Shown here: piece by piece, positions 56,099 to 64,000 of the stretch
Position numbering within the stretch: position 1 is the first letter of the stretch
How the letters are laid out: every line of letters begins with the position of its first letter
NCBI GenBank assembly: GCA_003130815.1
Contig: QFDA01000001.1
Location: forward strand, 1,429-65,428
DNA from: Bacteroidetes bacterium SCGC AAA795-G10
Lineage (GTDB): Bacteria > Bacteroidota > Bacteroidia > Flavobacteriales > Flavobacteriaceae
Reading direction: 5' to 3'
DNA length: 64,000 nt
Translations under genes and position numbers: made by a program
The notes under the pieces: generated by a model
Database searches by the model: none
What the model saw: the letters and a program-made list of their open reading frames with translations, nothing else
Told to the model about the DNA's origin: nothing

Positions 56099-57480
56099 TT
56101 ACTAAATTTATATAAGTATACAAAAAAGCCAATAATTAAAAATACAATAAGGGAAATCGCATGAATGTATTCAAAATTAAATCCTTCAACAGCTTGACCA
56201 GGAAGCAATAAGCAAAGAGCAACAAATACACACCAAATTAATGCAATTATTTTTAGAATCTTAGGAATTTTATTGATTGTATTCTTTCCAGTTAAAAAAA
56301 AAGAAGAAAAAATAATTCCACAATAACCTATGTAACCAGAAATCGCCGATACACTAGTAATCATTTCAATTTTATCAAAAATTATAATAAATAAAGTTGA
56401 AATAATACCGATAAATAAAAGTGAATTTGAAGGTGATTTATTGTTATCAATAAAACTTAACCAATTAGATTTGGGCAATATTGAATCTCTTGACATAGAA
56501 AAAATTAATCTTGATGCCGTGGCCATACATGCAACACCACATGCAAAAATGGCGATAATTATAAATATTAGGGTTAATAAATAAATTGGCATTCCAAATT
56601 CAAATTGAAGCATGTCAGTTAGGTAATTATTATTGATTTTTTCGTAATTATTTGTACTCAAAAAAACCGTTGATAAAATTATGATCATTAACCCCAAAAT
56701 TCCTGAACTTATTAATGAATGTTTAATAGATTTTGGAACAGTATTTTTTGGATTATTTGTTTCCTCTGACATATCAGCAGCAGCTTCAAATCCAGTCAAA
56801 CACCATGCTCCCAATAAAATTGATAATGCAAAAGATTTTATGTTAAAATCGGGCAGCTTATAATCATTAAAATTTAATGATATTTCTAAATCAGTCTTAT
56901 TAACTAGAAAATATACTAAAAAAATTACCAGCATTACAATACCTATAATTTCAGTCACAACACCAATATTATTTATTTTAGAAACTAAGTTTATTCCATT
57001 TAAATGAATAAAAGTAATAATCCAAATTATCAAGACAGATATAAAAAGGCTGCTAACGTTTATGGCAAAATTTTGATAAATAAGATCACTTACCAAAAAA
57101 CTCAATGCCTTGCATATTCCAGGGAAACCAGTAAGGAATTGCATTAATAATAACCAGCCAGTTATAAAACCTAATTTTGGTCCAACCAACCTGTAAGACC
57201 ACTGATAGCCATACCCTGAAATTGGATAATTAACCGATAATTCTGCCATTATTAATGCAACTAAAAATTGTCCAGCGAAGACAATAGTCCACGAAATTGG
57301 TATAAAGTTCCCAACCTGGGAAAATCCAAAATGAAAATTTGCAAATATTCCAGTAAGTATTGATATTAAAGAAAATGATACTGCAAATGAGGAAAATCTC
57401 CTCATAGTTCTATTTAATTCCTGCTTATATCCAAACTTAGCTAATTCTTTTGAGTCATTATCATTACTAGACTGGGACAT
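56095..57480 (-). CDS. APC-superfamily amino acid/polyamine permease
   Basis: 461 aa with about 12 TMs and an N-terminal cytoplasmic tail (ELAKFGYKQELNRTMRRFSSFAVSFS), typical of the AA_permease_2 family. Confidence 0.75.
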   Translation of the reverse strand: MSQSSNDNDSKELAKFGYKQELNRTMRRFSSFAVSFSLISILTGIFANFHFGFSQVGNFIPISWTIVFAGQFLVALIMAELSVNYPISGYGYQWSYRLVGPKLGFITGWLLLMQFLTGFPGICKALSFLVSDLIYQNFAINVSSLFISVLIIWIITFIHLNGINLVSKINNIGVVTEIIGIVMLVIFLVYFLVNKTDLEISLNFNDYKLPDFNIKSFALSILLGAWCLTGFEAAADMSEETNNPKNTVPKSIKHSLISSGILGLMIIILSTVFLSTNNYEKINNNYLTDMLQFEFGMPIYLLTLIFIIIAIFACGVACMATASRLIFSMSRDSILPKSNWLSFIDNNKSPSNSLLFIGIISTLFIIIFDKIEMITSVSAISGYIGYCGIIFSSFFLTGKNTINKIPKILKIIALIWCVFVALCLLLPGQAVEGFNFEYIHAISLIVFLIIGFFVYLYKFSK

Positions 57481-57946
57481 GAGATAAAATACCTTTATAA
57501 ATTCCTGGATCTGATCCTTCTATAATTTTAGCTCCAAATGTGGTTTCATAAAACTTGGCAGGTCCCACTCCACCGATAATTGCATATGCATATCCCATTT
57601 CTTTCATAGATTTTAGTGATAAATAAAGTAAAGCTTTACCAATTCCCATCTTCCTGTATTCTTTAGAAATTCCCATTGGTCCTAAAAAGTTTAAATAAGC
57701 TGAATCATAAGAAGAAAAACCAATAATATTTTGATCTTTTATTGCTATGTAAGTTGATATTGGACTTTTTGAAAATGAAACATCCACCTCACTCTTCCAG
57801 CCTTCACCAAAATTTTTGTTTACCCAGTTATTTACAAGATATTTTTCTGCAGCCAACGGTCTCCTAAAATCTATCTGCTTTTTTAATTTTTCGTACTCTA
57901 CACATTCCTTTGGAAGGTCATAAAGTTTTACAAGCATGTCTTTCAT
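57467..57946 (-). CDS. GNAT-family N-acetyltransferase
   Basis: Acetyl-CoA loop YRKMGIGKALL; 159 aa. It overlaps the permease start by 14 nt. Confidence 0.75.
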   Translation of the reverse strand: MKDMLVKLYDLPKECVEYEKLKKQIDFRRPLAAEKYLVNNWVNKNFGEGWKSEVDVSFSKSPISTYIAIKDQNIIGFSSYDSAYLNFLGPMGISKEYRKMGIGKALLYLSLKSMKEMGYAYAIIGGVGPAKFYETTFGAKIIEGSDPGIYKGILSHVPV

Positions 57947-58064
57947 TATTATTAATTTTTTATTGAAATTTTGTTTATATCAACCATATCTTTTTATTGA
58001 AAGAGATTAAAAAATTTTTCCATTTTACAATTAAAAGCTTTTTAAATTTATCTAAAATTTTAAT

Positions 58065-58781
58065 ATGTACGAATATCATACAGCATCAATAGAACTCTTT
58101 GATAAAATAATTAGAAAAAATAAAAATATTCTTCCAAAAGTAATCGGTTGTTTTACTGATGCTGTTATAAATGATAACCTAATTCATACTTTTGGAACAG
58201 GACACTCGCATATGATAGGACTTGAGCTATTTGTGAGAGCTGGTGGTCTTGGAAATATTAATGCAATGTTAGATTCAATTGTTATGACTTCTGAAGGTGC
58301 GAGAAGAAGTGGTAGCATTGAAAGGATTAGTGGACTAGCAGAAATAATTTGGGATCAACACAAAATTTCAAAAAAGGATATGTTTATAGTAATATCTAAT
58401 TCAGGGCGTAATGCACTTCCAATTGAAATGGCTCAGCTAGCAAAGAAAAACGGAAATAAAGTGATTGCTATAACATCAATAGAGCAATCAAAAAAATATC
58501 CAACCCGAATTAAAGGACAAAAAAAACTTTATGAGATAGCAGATCTTGTAATTGATAACTGTGTACCTCCTGGTGATGGATTATTAAATATAGGAAATGA
58601 TGTAATTGGTGCTGCTTCAACAATCGGAGGTTGTTTTATTGTTAATTTAATTGCTTCTGAATCAATTAAAAAAGCACACAATCGAGGGATAAAATTGCCA
58701 ATATATTTTAGTCAGAATATTGATGGTTTTGATAATGAAAGTCTATACAAAAAATATAAAAAAAGGATAAAACATCTTTAA
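58065..58781 (+). CDS. SIS (sugar isomerase) domain protein, UPF0309-like
   Basis: FGTGHSHMIG and VISNSGRNALPIEMA match the SIS phosphosugar-binding fold; 238 aa. Confidence 0.65.
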   Translation: MYEYHTASIELFDKIIRKNKNILPKVIGCFTDAVINDNLIHTFGTGHSHMIGLELFVRAGGLGNINAMLDSIVMTSEGARRSGSIERISGLAEIIWDQHKISKKDMFIVISNSGRNALPIEMAQLAKKNGNKVIAITSIEQSKKYPTRIKGQKKLYEIADLVIDNCVPPGDGLLNIGNDVIGAASTIGGCFIVNLIASESIKKAHNRGIKLPIYFSQNIDGFDNESLYKKYKKRIKHL

Positions 58782-58813
58782 TCCATATTCTCTTTTAAAA
58801 AAGACATTTATAA

Positions 58814-58853
58814 ATAAAAAAATCCGCAACACATTTAAAAAAGGTTACGGATT
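58814..58853 (-). terminator. Terminator hairpin after the tRNA-Gly/tRNA-Leu pair (possibly bidirectional with the SIS gene)
   Basis: aatccgcaac (58821-58830) pairs with gttacggatt (58844-58853) with one mismatch. On the minus strand it is followed by a T-run (A-run 58814-58822 on plus). Confidence 0.5.
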
Positions 58854-58860
58854 TCAAATG

Positions 58861-58945
58861 TACTCGGAGCGGGACTTGAACCCGCACGACCGCAATGGTC
58901 ATTGGATTTTAAGTCCAACGTGTCTACCAATTCCACCATCCGAGC
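58861..58945 (-). tRNA. tRNA-Leu (anticodon UAA)
   Basis: Folded by hand. GCTCGGA-TG-GTGGAATTGGTAGACAC, anticodon loop CTTAAAA, a long variable arm and T-arm GCGGG-TTCAAGT-CCCGC. Pair 1:72 is G-U. Confidence 0.85.
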
Positions 58946-58954
58946 GAACAAAAG

Positions 58955-59026
58955 AGCGAAAGACGGGATTTGAACCCGCGACCCTCACCTTGGCAAGGTG
59001 ATGCTCTACCCCTGAGCTACTTTCGC
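58955..59026 (-). tRNA. tRNA-Gly (anticodon GCC)
   Basis: GCGAAAGTAGCTCAGGGGTAGAGCATCACCTTGCCAAGGTGAGGGTCGCGGGTTCAAATCCCGTCTTTCGCT folds as a cloverleaf by hand; 72 nt. Confidence 0.9.
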
Positions 59027-59140
59027 ATTTTGGTGTGTAAATGTAAAATAATTTTATTCTTTTCTAAATATTAAGATACTTTTTAAACCAAATAATCGAA
59101 TTTAATTTTAAATTGTTTATCAAATAAATCAAAAGGATAC

Positions 59141-60556
59141 ATGCTAATTTTTAGATCAATACTAATTTTTATTTTATTTTTTTTATCAAATAATCTATTT
59201 GCGCAAAACATTGATAAACCCTTAAACTTTATTGTAATATTTGCTGATGATCTAGGTTATGGTGATTTAAGTTCATTTGGGAATCCAACAATAAATACAC
59301 CCAATCTGGATAAAATGGTATCTGAGGGTCAAAAGTGGACACAATTCTACGCTGGGTCAAGCGTGTGTACTCCTAGCAGAGCTGCGCTTCTTACTGGGCG
59401 ATTGGCTATAAGAAGTGGAATGACAAGTAGTAAAGCAAGGGTTTTGTTTCCAGACTCAAAGAATGGTCTTCCAGATTATGAAATCACAATAGCAGAACAA
59501 TTAAAAAAAGTTAAATACAGAACTGCCTGTATTGGAAAATGGCATTTGGGTCATAAAAAAGAACATTTACCCCTTAAGCACGGGTTTGATTATTATTATG
59601 GTATTCCATATTCAAATGATATGGATGTACCGAAAGATATAATGAGAAAAAAAGGTGGCTACTACAATTTTATGAGTAACCCTGAAAATTATATTATTGA
59701 GAACTTTCAAGTGCCTTTAATTCAAAATGAAAAAGTGATTGAACGGCCTGCAAACCAAAATAATATTACTCGCCGCTATTCTAAAGAGACAATTAAATTT
59801 ATAAAAGAAAACCGTGACAACTCTTTTTTTATATATCTAGCCCATAATTTACCACATATTCCACTTTTTGCATCAAAAGAAGCTTTAGGTAAAAGTTCCA
59901 GAGGCCTCTTCGGGGATGTAATTGAAGAAATCGATTATGGAATTGGTGAAATATTAAAAACTTTGAAAAATGAGGGTCTTGATAAAAACACACTAGTTGT
60001 TTTTACATCCGATAATGGACCATGGACCGCATATAAGAATAATGGGGGTAGTGCTGGTCCTCTACGCGCTGGAAAAGGGACAACCTGGGAAGGTGGAATG
60101 AGAGTACCAACAATATTTTGGCTGCCTGGAATAATTTCACCTGGAATTATAAATCAAATTGGCTCAACAATGGACTTATTGACAACATTTAGTAAGATTG
60201 CTGGGGTTCCTATTCCCAAAGATCGCCAATTAGATAGTTATGATTTAGGACCAAGACTTTTTGAAAATAATCCGACTTCTAGGAATCACATTTTTTATTA
60301 CAGAGGAAATGAATTATATGCTGTCAGACTTGGTGAATATAAAGCTCATTATATAACTCAAGGTGAATATGGTCTCTATGGAGGAAAAAAAAATCATAAT
60401 CCACCTTTACTCTTCAACTTAAACAAAGATGCTTCCGAGAAATATGATATTTCAAAAGAACATCCAGATGTAATTAAAAAAATTAATCGAATAGTTACAG
60501 AACACAAACAAAAAATTATAATTGGAAAAGATCTTTTAATTGAAAGAGGTGATTGA
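59141..60556 (+). CDS. Formylglycine-dependent sulfatase (S1 family, arylsulfatase A/GALNS-like)
   Basis: Signal peptide, IFADDLGYGD, and the FGly motif SVCTPSRAALLTGR, followed by GKWHLGH. Confidence 0.9.
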   Translation: MLIFRSILIFILFFLSNNLFAQNIDKPLNFIVIFADDLGYGDLSSFGNPTINTPNLDKMVSEGQKWTQFYAGSSVCTPSRAALLTGRLAIRSGMTSSKARVLFPDSKNGLPDYEITIAEQLKKVKYRTACIGKWHLGHKKEHLPLKHGFDYYYGIPYSNDMDVPKDIMRKKGGYYNFMSNPENYIIENFQVPLIQNEKVIERPANQNNITRRYSKETIKFIKENRDNSFFIYLAHNLPHIPLFASKEALGKSSRGLFGDVIEEIDYGIGEILKTLKNEGLDKNTLVVFTSDNGPWTAYKNNGGSAGPLRAGKGTTWEGGMRVPTIFWLPGIISPGIINQIGSTMDLLTTFSKIAGVPIPKDRQLDSYDLGPRLFENNPTSRNHIFYYRGNELYAVRLGEYKAHYITQGEYGLYGGKKNHNPPLLFNLNKDASEKYDISKEHPDVIKKINRIVTEHKQKIIIGKDLLIERGD

Positions 60557-60564
60557 GCCTACCT

Positions 60565-63159
60565 CTATTTTTTTGACAATTTTCTTTTAATTTGACTCAA
60601 TTGCATTAATGCCTCTACAGGAGTCAAATTATCAATGTCTATTTTATAAATCTCTTCTCTAATCTCCTCAAGTAATGGGTCATCTAAATTGAAAAAAGTC
60701 AATTGTAAGTCTGTATTTTCTTTTGTTTTCCCATTTTTATTTTCTAGAGAGTGTAACTTTTCGAGAACTTTGAGTTTTGCTTTAGCAACTGTTAGAACAT
60801 GTTTTGGCATACCTGCCATTTTTGCTACATGAATTCCAAAACTGTGAGCACTACCTCCTGGAATAAGCTTCCTTAAAAATAAAACGTCTTCTTTCGTCTC
60901 TTTTATTGAAACATTAAAATTTTTAATCCTTTCATAAGATTGAGCCATATCGTTTAATTCATGATAATGAGTAGCAAATAAAACTTTTGGTCTAAAAGGA
61001 TGCTCATGAAGATATTCAGCAATAGCCCAAGCAATCGAAATTCCGTCATATGTGCTTGTACCCCTACCTATCTCATCCAAAAGAACTAAGCTGTCTTTTG
61101 AAATATTATTTAGAATAGATGATGTTTCATTCATTTCAACCATAAATGTAGATGCTCCCATAGAGATATTATCACTCGCCCCAACTCTGGTGAAAATTCT
61201 ATCTACAATACCTAAAGTAGCCTTAGTTGCAGGAACAAAACTTCCAATTTGGGCAAGCAATGATATTAAAGCTGTTTGTCGAAGAAGAGCTGATTTACCA
61301 GACATGTTAGGGCCTGTTATCATCATTATTTGTTGATTTTCGCGATCTAGCTTTAGATCGTTTGATATATACGGTGTTCCTATTGGAAGTTGTTTTTCAA
61401 TTACAGGATGACGCCCCCCTTTTACGTCTATGGAAGTGTGATCAACCATATTCGGCTTAGAATAATTATTCTTTTTAGCTGTTTTTGCAAAATTGCTAAG
61501 AACATCGCAAAGTGCTATTGCTGAAGCATTTTCTTTAATAATTTCTAATTTGCCTTGTAAAAGTTTCAGTAAGTCTAAAAAAAGATTTTGTTCCAATAAT
61601 AGAATACGCTCACCAGCATTCAAAATTTCTGATTCAAAAATTTTAAGTTCCTCTGTAATGTACCGCTCAGCATTAACCAAAGTTTGTTTTCTGACCCATT
61701 CATTTGGAACCTTGTCCTTATGAGTATTTCTAACTTCAATATAATATCCAAAAACATTGTTGAATGCTATTTTGAGAGATGGAATTTGAGTACGATCTGT
61801 TTCCCTTTCAAGCATGTCGTTTAAATGAGATTGAGACTTGTTTTTTAAACTCCGCAAAGAGTCTAATTGTTCAGAAAAACCATCTGCAATTACATTACCC
61901 TTTGATACTAAAACTGGTGCATCAGGATGAAGTCTTGATTTAAGTGAAGCTATTAGATTATCCAAACTAGGTAAATTTTTAAACTTTTTTTTCAAAATTT
62001 TTGTTTTTCCTTCTTTGATTTTAATTTTTATTTTTTCAACTATTTCTAGTGAATTTGATAGTTGATTTAGTGCGCGTGGGGAAATCTTTTCAGTTGCTAT
62101 CTTTGAAATTACTCTTTCAATATCAATTATTTGTTTAAGCGAATTGTGAACATATTCTAATTCAATTTCGTTATCTAAAAACTCTTCAACAATACTTTGT
62201 CTTAGCTCAATCAGATTTAATTCTTTTAATGGAAATGTAATCCACTTTCTCAACAATCGAGCTCCCATTGCAGTTTGGGTATTGTCTATTACGTCTATTA
62301 GGGATGCTCCTTCAAGATGATTGGGAGAAAAAAGTTCTAAGTTTTGTTGGGTAAATTTATCTAAATGAACATAATTACCTTTATTAATTGGAGTAATTCG
62401 ATTAATATGTTGTAATTTATCATTCTGAGTTTCTGATAGATAGTGCATTACAGCACCAGCAGCACTTATTCCTTCGTTATCCTTTTCAATACCAAACCCT
62501 TCAAGGGAAGTTGTTTGAAAATGTGATGTTAACTTTTGTCTTGCAGTACTTGCCTCAAAAGCCCAATCCTCCATATAAAAACATGGATATTGTAAACCGA
62601 ATTGCTCATTAAAAAATTTTTTCATAGGCTTTGGAACTAATACTTCACTTGGAATATAATTCTGAAGTAATTGCTCAATTTCATTTTTATTTCCATCAGT
62701 AACCAAAAAATCTCCCGTTGAAATATCCAAAAATGATATACCAAATTTTTTATCAAAATAAACTGCGGCTAGATAGTTGTTTTTCTTTTGATCCAAAACA
62801 TCTTCGTTAATCAATACCCCAGGAGTAACTAATTCAGTAACTCCTCTTTTAACAATTTTTTTAGTTAGTTTGGGATTTTCAAGTTGATCACATATTGCCA
62901 CACGACAGCCCTCTTTTACAAGTTTTGGTAAATAACTATTTATTGAATGATGAGGAAATCCAGCCAGTTCAGTTTCACTAGAACTCCCTGCCCCTCTCTT
63001 AGTTAAAATAATACCAAGTATTTTAGATGCCTTTATTGCGTCGTCACCGAATGTCTCATAAAAATCTCCCACACGAAACAATAATAGTGCATCAGGATAC
63101 TTTGATTTTATCCTGTTATACTGTTTCATAAGCGGAGTTTCTTTTACTTCCTTTGCCAC
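60565..63159 (-). CDS. mutS: DNA mismatch repair protein MutS
   Basis: TPLMKQYNRIKSKYPDALLLFRVGDFYETF N-terminus, Walker A ITGPNMSGKS, and DEIGRGTSTYDG. Confidence 0.95.
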   Translation of the reverse strand: MAKEVKETPLMKQYNRIKSKYPDALLLFRVGDFYETFGDDAIKASKILGIILTKRGAGSSSETELAGFPHHSINSYLPKLVKEGCRVAICDQLENPKLTKKIVKRGVTELVTPGVLINEDVLDQKKNNYLAAVYFDKKFGISFLDISTGDFLVTDGNKNEIEQLLQNYIPSEVLVPKPMKKFFNEQFGLQYPCFYMEDWAFEASTARQKLTSHFQTTSLEGFGIEKDNEGISAAGAVMHYLSETQNDKLQHINRITPINKGNYVHLDKFTQQNLELFSPNHLEGASLIDVIDNTQTAMGARLLRKWITFPLKELNLIELRQSIVEEFLDNEIELEYVHNSLKQIIDIERVISKIATEKISPRALNQLSNSLEIVEKIKIKIKEGKTKILKKKFKNLPSLDNLIASLKSRLHPDAPVLVSKGNVIADGFSEQLDSLRSLKNKSQSHLNDMLERETDRTQIPSLKIAFNNVFGYYIEVRNTHKDKVPNEWVRKQTLVNAERYITEELKIFESEILNAGERILLLEQNLFLDLLKLLQGKLEIIKENASAIALCDVLSNFAKTAKKNNYSKPNMVDHTSIDVKGGRHPVIEKQLPIGTPYISNDLKLDRENQQIMMITGPNMSGKSALLRQTALISLLAQIGSFVPATKATLGIVDRIFTRVGASDNISMGASTFMVEMNETSSILNNISKDSLVLLDEIGRGTSTYDGISIAWAIAEYLHEHPFRPKVLFATHYHELNDMAQSYERIKNFNVSIKETKEDVLFLRKLIPGGSAHSFGIHVAKMAGMPKHVLTVAKAKLKVLEKLHSLENKNGKTKENTDLQLTFFNLDDPLLEEIREEIYKIDIDNLTPVEALMQLSQIKRKLSKK

Positions 63160-63245
63160 AAAAATTTTGTTAAAATTTATACTTGAAATTTATAATTTTT
63201 TACAAAAACGAAGGCTTAAAATAAGAACATAAAACTTAGACTGTG

Positions 63246-63253
63246 TATTTTTG
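63246..63253 (+). promoter_or_regulatory. Candidate -7 box (TAnnTTTG) for the trmH-family gene
   Basis: tatttttg lies 15 nt upstream of ATG 63269. Confidence 0.35.
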
Positions 63254-63268
63254 TTAATAATACCATTT

Positions 63269-63799
63269 ATGCGTAAACTAAAAAATGAAGAACTACTTCG
63301 AAAATCTATAAAAGATTTTAAAAACTCAGAAAAAGCTCCATTAATTTTAATTCTAGACAACGTCAGAAGTTTAAACAATATTGGATCAATATTTCGTATT
63401 TCTGATGCATTTCTAATTGAAAAGATTATACTCTGCGGTATTACTGCTTGCCCTCCGCATAAAGATATTCATAAAACAGCTTTGGGTTCTACTGAGAGTG
63501 TTTCATGGGAATACTATAGTTCTACAATTCAGGCTGTTAAAAAACTTACTAGTGAAGGTAAATCAGTTTGGGCAATTGAACAAACCGAAAATGCAACACA
63601 ACTACAGAATTTCAAACCAATTCCTAAAAAATCGTATTGCTTTGTTTTGGGTAACGAAGTTAAAGGAGTTGATCAACAAGTTGTTGATTATTGCAACAAA
63701 GCTATAGAAATTCCTCAATTTGGAACCAAACATTCACTCAATATAAGTGTAGCTGCCGGGATTATTGTTTGGCATTTTTATATTAAAATGAGGCCCTAA
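63269..63799 (+). CDS. SpoU/TrmH-family RNA 2'-O-methyltransferase
   Basis: LDNVRSLNNIGSIFRISDAF, VLGNEVKGV and SLNISVAAGIIVW (SPOUT knot motifs). Confidence 0.8.
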   Translation: MRKLKNEELLRKSIKDFKNSEKAPLILILDNVRSLNNIGSIFRISDAFLIEKIILCGITACPPHKDIHKTALGSTESVSWEYYSSTIQAVKKLTSEGKSVWAIEQTENATQLQNFKPIPKKSYCFVLGNEVKGVDQQVVDYCNKAIEIPQFGTKHSLNISVAAGIIVWHFYIKMRP

Positions 63800-64000
63800 A
63801 AATTGCTCTTAAAAATTTTTCAAACTCAAATTCATTTTTATTAAAATCTATATTATCCAATGAATATTCTAAAATTGGAAACTCAAAATTATTTATAATT
63901 AAGTGATATCCTTTCTCTAACTTCTTAAGATAAGTAAGCTTTATTTCCCTTTCGAAAGATCTGTCTCTTTTTTTGATTTGCTGCTCTAACTCTCTAAAAT
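63783..64000 (-). CDS. C-terminal 71 codons of a gene entering from the right edge, possibly a deoxynucleoside kinase
   Basis: My translation of the minus strand gives FRELEQQIKKRDRSFEREIKLTYLKKLEKGYHLIINNFEFPILEYSLDNIDF...FLRAIFRASF*. The RxRxFE..I...YL..L segment resembles the dNK C-terminal region. It overlaps the trmH-family end by 17 nt. Confidence 0.35.
   Translation of the reverse strand, partial: FRELEQQIKKRDRSFEREIKLTYLKKLEKGYHLIINNFEFPILEYSLDNIDFNKNEFEFEKFLRAIFRASF

Noticed and set aside
58861-59026. The tRNA-Leu/tRNA-Gly pair was considered as the anchor of an integrated island carrying the GNAT/APC/SIS cluster.
   Set aside because: Scanning the intergenic regions between 53.8 and 59.2 kb by eye, I found no duplicate of either tRNA 3-prime end, and no integrase is present. 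A computational repeat search is still needed to settle this.

Overview
The window is a very AT-rich (by eye, not computed), densely packed chromosomal segment. It looks like a marine Flavobacteriia-type Bacteroidota genome. Supporting signs are a T9SS type-B C-terminal sorting domain, TAnnTTTG-type -7 boxes, a CarboxypepD_reg-type TonB-dependent receptor, the asnS-rpoN and DUF4271-hemD pairings, and GH29 fucosidases. Most of the window is core housekeeping: partial tyrS, pyrC, hemD, leuS, ftsX, uppP, truB, nadABC, pyrH, frr, asnS, rpoN, exbB/exbD, tatD, sucAB, fadBA-type beta-oxidation genes, mutS and trmH. I found three tRNA genes by eye: Ser-GGA, Leu-UAA and Gly-GCC. I saw no rRNA, CRISPR array, transposase, integrase or recognisable named defence system. 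Accessory content falls in three places. (1) A 1.2 kb one-gene islet beside tRNA-Ser is bracketed by a partial duplicate of the tRNA 3-prime end and by a second inner direct repeat. Its only cargo is a membrane-anchored single-HKD PLD-superfamily protein. (2) A 12 kb glycan and cell-surface patch (38.6-50.8 kb) holds two GH29 fucosidases, esterases, CotH, a Tat-signal TIM-barrel protein and a 1161-aa T9SS adhesin built from eukaryote-like modules. (3) A tight GNAT / APC permease / G1PDH-fold dehydrogenase / DUF1080 operon sits opposite a divergent SIS gene next to tRNA-Leu/Gly, and I cannot assign it to a known pathway. These are leads only. None is demonstrably a new system from sequence alone. 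All family calls rest on motif recognition from the translations, with no database searches.
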